From Haloquadratum walsbyi C23 (GTDB taxonomy: Archaea > Halobacteriota > Halobacteria > Halobacteriales > Haloferacaceae): a DNA stretch of 32,000 nucleotides. Below are positions 27,200 through 32,000 of this stretch, in pieces. The position numbers and the translations under genes were made by a program. Positions within the stretch are counted from its first letter, which is position 1; every line of letters begins with the position of its first letter. The notes under the pieces were generated by a model. The model was not told the DNA's origin. It did no database searches and saw nothing but the letters and a program-made list of their open reading frames with translations. The stretch lies in contig NC_017459.1 of assembly GCF_000237865.1 (NCBI RefSeq), forward strand, positions 750,001 through 782,000, in the 5' to 3' direction.

Positions 27200-27760
27200 G
27201 TACAGAATCAAGGAGAAGCCCTGCGGGCTCAGCCGCAGGATGAATCCGACAACTCGGAGTCAATCTACGCTACGGTATCCAGTTTAAGACTTGACAATCC
27301 GTGAAATTAAATTGACAGGCGGCTTTATGTATAGGTAGGAATTAGGCTGGGAACCGAGCAATTCCCGCCAGTCCGACGATGGCGGCCTGCCCGCCCCAAG
27401 CAATGAAACAATAATTGGAACCAGTCAGGTGAACGGTCGGTTCCTATAATGAATCGATGCAGTGCCCGACTACTTGAAAACAACATACAAAGTAACTCCG
27501 GGTCCACCGAAGTCTGCCGGACTCCCTAGGGCAGAAACAACGTTGGGAGTCCGAACATGACCGAGGATAGGAGTACCGGGGGCTGAGATGTGGCACTCCC
27601 AGCAGTCTTACTCGACTCGCGACAGTTCATGAACCCCACACGGATTCTCACCGTATTGGGGTTCGGTGGAGCTGCAAACCTAAAATATCCAACGCTCAGG
27701 ATTCCTCCGCGTATAGTGCTCCTGAGAGCTTATTGAGGAGTTCAATCCAAAATCTTGTTA
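27200..27760. ncRNA. Candidate structured non-coding RNA or RNAs. Identity and strand are unresolved. RNase P RNA was considered but not demonstrated.
   Basis: The gap 26942-27891 has no credible ORF. It contains a G+C-richer island with many perfect stems. These are 27220-27226/27233-27239 (CCTGCGG/CCGCAGG), 27349-27353/27362-27366 (GGGAA/TTCCC), 27366-27370/27380-27384 (CGCCA/TGGCG) and 27417-27422/27439-27444 (GGAACC/GGTTCC). Further stems are 27519-27526/27545-27552 (GGACTCCC/GGGAGTCC), 27631-27638/27657-27664 (GAACCCCA/TGGGGTTC) and 27695-27701/27720-27726 (CTCAGGA/TCCTGAG). Confidence 0.35.
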
Positions 27761-27891
27761 TAGAGTAGCTGCTGATACCATTGCGTAGGACCTGTGATTC
27801 AAAATGTTTCACGGAGTACTAACCGCGGAGGAGGATGTCAATCACAGTTGGTGTCAATATTCATTTTTCCCTGGGCTCTCTCAGTATCGAT

Positions 27892-28311
27892 ATGACAACT
27901 AATCTCGCATTCGAGCATACACCAGATGGTCGAAGGATTGTGGTAGGTCGTGAATTATCCGTCGGGAGAGATATTGCATGGAATCTATTGAGAAATACCC
28001 AGCAGTGGACTGAGTGGGGTCCCTCTGTACGTGCCGTTGAGTGCAATCAGCAATTTATTGATATAGATACAACCGGTCGTGTTCAGACAGTTGGTGGCCT
28101 GTGGCTCCCATTTGAGATCACTAACTGTATGTCATATCGCTGGCATTGGCGTGTTATGAGACTCCCCGCCACCGGGCATCGTGTCGATCAACCATCGACT
28201 GGGTCACCTCGTGAAGGCTGTCGAGTAATCTTTGAATTACCGATCCTCGCAGCGTGGTATATACCGGTCTGTTCCCGAGCACTTGACCGAATTGAATCAA
28301 TATTACTGTAA
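27892..28311 (+). CDS. SRPBCC-superfamily (polyketide cyclase/START-like) protein.
   Basis: GRELSVGRDIAWNLLRNTQQWTEWGPSVRAVE...GRVQTVGGLWLPFEIT..YRWHWRV is the typical SRPBCC N-terminal W..W.P pattern. I prefer the ATG at 27892 over the tracked start at 27835. Confidence 0.55.
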   Translation: MTTNLAFEHTPDGRRIVVGRELSVGRDIAWNLLRNTQQWTEWGPSVRAVECNQQFIDIDTTGRVQTVGGLWLPFEITNCMSYRWHWRVMRLPATGHRVDQPSTGSPREGCRVIFELPILAAWYIPVCSRALDRIESILL

Positions 28312-28635
28312 TAATCGGACACGATATCACGAATATCTCTCAATGAGAGGTGTATTCGATTGCAATGCGTTGAGAGTCAACTGCAACACTGAGTGACCGT
28401 GTGAGCAATAATCATCGCTGTGGCGGTACTGTCTGTATCGAGAGTATGACTCAGGGTGAGTATGTACTCCAATATCGTAAGAAGCATTCAAACGCGGTGT
28501 GCCCGGAACCAACGACATAGATTCCATTCTTGATGATCAAGAAAGCATCTCAGCGAGCTTTTATATATTTAGATGCTGTGCAGCAACTTCACACATGAGG
28601 ACAACGGACATCATACCACAGACCCTCACGAGCAT

Positions 28636-29325
28636 ATGAACAGACGAACATTCATTACAAGCACCGGTGCAACGACAATGTTCCTTACCGGGTGTCTCAG
28701 TGGAAACAACGAGGCAAACTCATCGAACGATACCGCAAGCTCAAGCGGTGGGCAATCGATTAACTCACATCCAGCAGCGAGTAATCTCGCTGCACAACCA
28801 CGACTAGGCGATCTTGATGAGTCTCAACATACAATCATCGCGTTCAAAGACCCATCCTGTCCACGATGTCGAGCATTCAAAGAATCAACTGTTCCAGAAA
28901 TCAAACGCCAACTGATCGATCCAAACAAAGGGGCATACATACTCCGTAATTATCCAGTCGTCTATCCATGGGGAGAGCCTGCATCGCAAGCATTAGAAGC
29001 AACCCTCGAACGTTCGGAAACTGCTCATTGGAAATTGCAGAACTACTATTACGACATGCAGAGGGATCTCTCAACTGAGAACGTGCATGGGAAAACCCAA
29101 ACATTTCTCGAATCAAACACGGAGGTCACTGCAAGCGCTGTAATTGCTGATGTCAAATCAGATGCATACAGCGACGCTGTCACAGCAGATATTAATGCTG
29201 CTGAAAGGGCTGACCTCGACGGGACGACGCCCTCGATTCTACTCTTTCGTAATGGACAGTACGTAACAACAGCAGCCGGAAGTATCAGTTACGATGTGAT
29301 TGCAACAGCACTTGGAGAGAATTGA
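28636..29325 (+). CDS. DsbA/thioredoxin-fold thiol:disulfide oxidoreductase lipoprotein (Tat signal, lipobox, CPRC active site).
   Basis: MNRRTFITSTGATTMFLTGC is a twin-arginine signal with a lipobox. FKDPSCPRCRAFKESTVPEI is a DsbA-like CxxC at a helix N-terminus. The C-terminal GTPSILLF.NG is the cis-Pro loop region typical of DsbA-like folds. Confidence 0.7.
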   Translation: MNRRTFITSTGATTMFLTGCLSGNNEANSSNDTASSSGGQSINSHPAASNLAAQPRLGDLDESQHTIIAFKDPSCPRCRAFKESTVPEIKRQLIDPNKGAYILRNYPVVYPWGEPASQALEATLERSETAHWKLQNYYYDMQRDLSTENVHGKTQTFLESNTEVTASAVIADVKSDAYSDAVTADINAAERADLDGTTPSILLFRNGQYVTTAAGSISYDVIATALGEN

Positions 29326-29327
29326 AT

Positions 29328-29939
29328 ATGGGTATAAAACGGTTACAATCTGTTCAGAAACGCCTCCCGACAACTCAAAAAGACTGGCGTCTTATGGGGC
29401 GGATTATCAAACTTGTGCTCACAATCCCACTATACGCGATTATTTCAGTTATTGCAGCAGGTGCAGCACTTACTCTATTTGTTCTGTCACTCAATGTTGA
29501 ATTAGTTAATGACCTCATCATCGGTGGAGTGCTTCCACCGACTGACCGAGTGACGATACTTGTTGAGTTATATCCATTTGTCGGCACATCGTTCGGAGTA
29601 TTGAGCGGAGCACTCCTAAGTATCGTTTCAGCACTGGCAGGTGTCAACGTTGCAATGGCAGGATATCACATTCGCGAACATGAACTCACAGTTGCCGGTA
29701 GCGGTGCAAGTATACTTGGTGTCGTATTTGGAACGCTTGGTGCCGGATGTGCTGCATGTGGATCTGCGGTATTACTCGGTATTCTTGGTTTATTCGGCAT
29801 TTCAACATCACTGCTATTCCTGCCACTTGATGGATTAGAATTCGCGCTACTCGCACTTGTCGTCATTACCGTATCGATCTATTGGCTTGCAGATGGAATG
29901 CGTGGTGGAATGGTCAATGGATGTCCGATTGAGCCTTAA
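29328..29939 (+). CDS. Four-TM membrane protein with an intramembrane GAGCAACGS motif, immediately downstream of the DsbA-like gene.
   Basis: The ATG at 29328 lies 2 nt after the upstream TGA (29323-29325). The helices are IIKLVLTIPLYAIISVIAAGAALTLFVL, FGVLSGALLSIVSALAGVNVAMAG, ILGVVFGTLGAGCAACGSAVLLGILGLFG and FALLALVVITVSIYWL. There is an extra Cys near the C-terminus (NGCP). Confidence 0.6.
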   Translation: MGIKRLQSVQKRLPTTQKDWRLMGRIIKLVLTIPLYAIISVIAAGAALTLFVLSLNVELVNDLIIGGVLPPTDRVTILVELYPFVGTSFGVLSGALLSIVSALAGVNVAMAGYHIREHELTVAGSGASILGVVFGTLGAGCAACGSAVLLGILGLFGISTSLLFLPLDGLEFALLALVVITVSIYWLADGMRGGMVNGCPIEP

Positions 29940-30033
29940 GCATCTAATCGTCACATTCCGTTATTATATCAACAAATATCAACCGTTTCACCGACGTCAG
30001 TATCAACAGAAATCAATTTTATCTGTTTCACTG

Positions 30034-30143
30034 ATAGTGATTACTTCGAATAGTTTCACCGGCGGTGTCGAATGACGCGGGTTCAGCGTCTCCTATCACC
30101 GACACGAATAATCACGGCGGTAAAGACTCGCACTAATCATTAT
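30034..30143 (+). mobile_element. MITE-like element of about 110 bp, copy B.
   Basis: The terminal inverted repeats are ATAGTGATTACT and ACTAATCATTAT. It aligns with copy C with about 11 differences, counted by eye. Confidence 0.8.
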
Positions 30144-30406
30144 GAGACGCAGTATACGGTATATGCTATACGGTATACGGTATATATCATATATCGAATG
30201 ATTTTATTCATAATAACTGTCGAAAGCGGCGAGGAGTCCACCATTATCGCTAGATCAGAACTCCGTTTCCAAAACTACAAGATAGAACCGTGATGCATCG
30301 GTGAGTTATTCAAATGCTTCTCAAAAGATGTATTATTAAACGGAACATTCAGTTATTAGCTTTTTAGTTTCCGATAACAGTTATAACGGAGGCGAAGCCG
30401 ATCGTA

Positions 30407-30479
30407 AGCCGGTGGAGAGACTTGAACTCTCGACCTATTCCTTACGAAGGAATCGCTCTTCCAGCTGAGCTACACCGGC
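30407..30479 (-). tRNA. tRNA-Thr (anticodon CGU), 73 nt, with no encoded CCA and no intron.
   Basis: The reverse complement folds as GCCGGTG-TA-GCTC-AGCTGGAA-GAGC-G-ATTCC-TTCGTAA-GGAAT-AGGTC-GAGAG-TTCAAGT-CTCTC-CACCGGC-T. All four stems are perfectly paired. Confidence 0.9.
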
Positions 30480-30525
30480 ACTTATCACTCATAAATATCT
30501 CAATAACGGGCAAAAGACTTCCGAA

Positions 30526-31515
30526 TTAGCGTCTCTGCAACCGCACATCAAGACAAATGTTATACTCATGAGGAGCATATGATCGGACTTCGTGGCGTGT
30601 CTCAACAGTCAGTTTATAATTTGGCTCTGCGGCTGACTGAATCGCCTCAATCCCAGGTTGATAAAGTGTATCCTCATGCTGGATATCATAATAATGTATC
30701 ATACACTCATCGCCAGCAAGCCTGATAGCCGTTTCCAGGAACTCATCAGCGCTATGTGGGAGATTCATTATCAATCGATCAGCCCAGTCTGTATACGAAT
30801 CAGGCAATGTCCGGACATCTCCGGAAACGATGGTAAAATTATCATCAACATCATTTTGCTCTGCGTTTATTGATAGGTACTCGACTGCATTTTCGTTCAG
30901 TTCTGCGGCAACAACATCGGCACCACGAGCAGCCATTGGAACTGCAAATGGGCCGACGCCGGCAAACATATCAATCACATGATCATGAGCATCAACCTGG
31001 GTAATCACGCGATGACGCTCAGTCGCAAGCCGTGGTGAGAAGTATACTGATTCGATATCTAATCTGAACGTATATCCATACTCCCGATGACATGTCTCTG
31101 TCTCCTCGCCAGCAAGAACCTCCCATTCACGGGTCCGATGAGGTCCAGACACCTTCGAGTCCCGATTGAGAACCGTTTTGACTGGAATATCGGATTCAAC
31201 AATTGCCTTAGCCACTTCACGCGCTTTTTCATGATTGTCTTCATCGATAATAATAATCTCACCAAGTCTCTCGTATGATGGGTCGAAGCCAAGTTTATCC
31301 GCGGGGCTTGTTGAGACGTCGCGAGTGTTCACTACATGCGTCACAATATCAAACTGATCTGGTACGGCTGTTGAGTCGACAACAGGTATGTACAAATAAT
31401 CCTCTGTTGTGTCAATCTCATAAAGTGTATCAATAAGCCCCTGTTCAGCAAGCATCGTTCGTGTCCGTTCACCTGCGGTCGGCGGCACACGAACACAGGG
31501 AATCCCATCAGACAT
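30526..31515 (-). CDS. trm5: tRNA (guanine37-N1)-methyltransferase, Trm5 family.
   Basis: The SAM motif is VIDMFAGVGPFAVPMAARG. The catalytic motif is NLP (DRLIMNLPHSADEF). Size and architecture fit an archaeal Trm5-type enzyme. Confidence 0.85.
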   Translation of the reverse strand: MSDGIPCVRVPPTAGERTRTMLAEQGLIDTLYEIDTTEDYLYIPVVDSTAVPDQFDIVTHVVNTRDVSTSPADKLGFDPSYERLGEIIIIDEDNHEKAREVAKAIVESDIPVKTVLNRDSKVSGPHRTREWEVLAGEETETCHREYGYTFRLDIESVYFSPRLATERHRVITQVDAHDHVIDMFAGVGPFAVPMAARGADVVAAELNENAVEYLSINAEQNDVDDNFTIVSGDVRTLPDSYTDWADRLIMNLPHSADEFLETAIRLAGDECMIHYYDIQHEDTLYQPGIEAIQSAAEPNYKLTVETRHEVRSYAPHEYNICLDVRLQRR

Positions 31516-31592
31516 TGCGTTAGTTATTCAGGTCAATTTGATTTACATATTTCGAGAGCAGCCTATTCATATCTATTCTCACCAATTCAATT

Positions 31593-31701
31593 GATAGTGA
31601 TTAGTTCGAATAGTTTCACCGACGGTGTCGAATGACGCGGTTTCAGCGGCTCCTATCACGGCACGGATAATCACGGCGGTAAAGATCTGCACTAATCACT
31701 A
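31593..31701 (+). mobile_element. MITE-like element of about 109 bp, copy C.
   Basis: It has perfect 12-bp terminal inverted repeats, ATAGTGATTAGT at 31593-31604 and ACTAATCACTAT at 31690-31701. The imperfect inverted similarity extends about 35 bp inward, with an internal CACCGACGGTG palindrome. Confidence 0.85.
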
Positions 31702-31800
31702 TGAGTGAGTCGTAAGGATAGTCATGAACAAACCAAGACCTGAATGTGATAGTAGCGAGCTACTATTGCATGATTACTACTAGGAGATTAAAAAGAGATA

Positions 31801-32000
31801 TTATGCACTCGCCGCGTCAGCACCGGATCCATTGGATCGGTTATCCCATGCCTCGAGCAACTCTTGATATCGGTTTCGAATGGTTACCTCTGAGATGTCT
31901 GTTACCTCACTCACATCAGCTTGCGTGAGTTCATCATTTGTCAATTGTGCGGATGCATACAGAGCTGCTGCAGCAAGTCCAACCGGTGACTTTCCGGAAT
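31801..32000 (-). CDS. tfb: Transcription initiation factor TFB (TFIIB homolog), C-terminal end only. The 5' part lies outside the window.
   Basis: Manual translation of the minus strand gives SGKSPVGLAAAALYASAQLTNDELTQADVSEVTDISEVTIRNRYQELLEAWDNRSNGSGADAASA, with a stop (TAA) at 31801-31803. This is the classic second cyclin-repeat signature (G.SP.GLAAAALY..TQ..V..V..VTEVTIRNRY.EL). It is not in the ORF track because it is edge-truncated. Confidence 0.85.
   Translation of the reverse strand, partial: SGKSPVGLAAAALYASAQLTNDELTQADVSEVTDISEVTIRNRYQELLEAWDNRSNGSGADAASA

Noticed and set aside
27325-27507. A minus-strand 60-aa ORF inside the structured island.
   Set aside because: It is Arg/Cys/His/Leu-rich and non-acidic. 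It sits on stacked hairpins, so RNA structure explains the region better.
27330-27710. A firm call of this island as RNase P RNA, or of a circularly permuted RNase P gene.
   Set aside because: Only partial look-alikes of the conserved regions are present. Their order does not match type A on either strand. The universal GGAAAGUCC and ACAGAACCCGGCUUA cores are absent, and the best P4-like pairing encloses only about 80 nt. I also found no SRP RNA GGAA-tetraloop helix 8 motif. It is left as an unidentified RNA candidate pending covariance-model search.
28327-28527. A minus-strand 66-aa ORF between the SRPBCC and DsbA-like genes.
   Set aside because: It is His/Tyr/Ser-rich and non-acidic, with no motif. 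It lies in the promoter region of the DsbA-like gene, so there is not enough support.
30072-30293. A plus-strand 73-aa ORF starting inside MITE copy B.
   Set aside because: It begins within the repeat element and runs through the ATACGGT heptamer array. Copy C does not preserve a comparable ORF.
30034-31701. Interpreting the two MITEs plus the enclosed genes as a composite transposon or mobile island.
   Set aside because: There is no transposase or integrase. The cargo is a tRNA and a core tRNA-modification gene. No target-site duplication is evident at the outer ends. It is kept only as a recombination-substrate observation.

Overview
The window looks like a chromosomal segment of a halophilic archaeon. 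The evidence is a uniformly acidic predicted proteome plus TFB, archaeosortase A, diphthine synthase, Trm5 and a DRG GTPase. Moderate G+C and many hexamer repeats suggest a Haloquadratum-like genome, but that is inference only. I support about 30 protein genes. From the left: (1) A surface-protein cluster at 1-7635, with two very large secreted CARDB/beta-helix proteins on the minus strand. The first is broken by a one-base frame shift in a G7 run and continues past the window edge. They are divergent from a membrane-anchored winged-helix regulator that is translationally coupled to a small paralog of the surface-protein N-domain. (2) Housekeeping genes: a Trm9-like methyltransferase, two tiny zinc-finger proteins, dphB, artA, a VOC/glyoxalase protein, a membrane protein and a DRG GTPase. 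(3) A cox locus with subunit I and three small membrane proteins. (4) A USP and a thioredoxin-domain protein. (5) A five-gene livJHMGF-type ABC importer operon. (6) A GNAT gene, an ORF-free gap of about 950 bp containing a hairpin-dense candidate structured RNA, and an SRPBCC protein. (7) A DsbA-like lipoprotein coupled to a CAAC membrane protein. (8) tRNA-Thr(CGU), trm5 and the 3' end of a tfb gene. Three copies of a MITE-like element of about 110 bp are present; two of them bracket tRNA-Thr and trm5. I see no CRISPR array, no transposase and no recognisable defence module. The most system-like unexplained unit is the surface-protein/regulator cluster with its repeat-bearing divergent promoter. 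All homology calls come from motif recognition by eye and need database confirmation.
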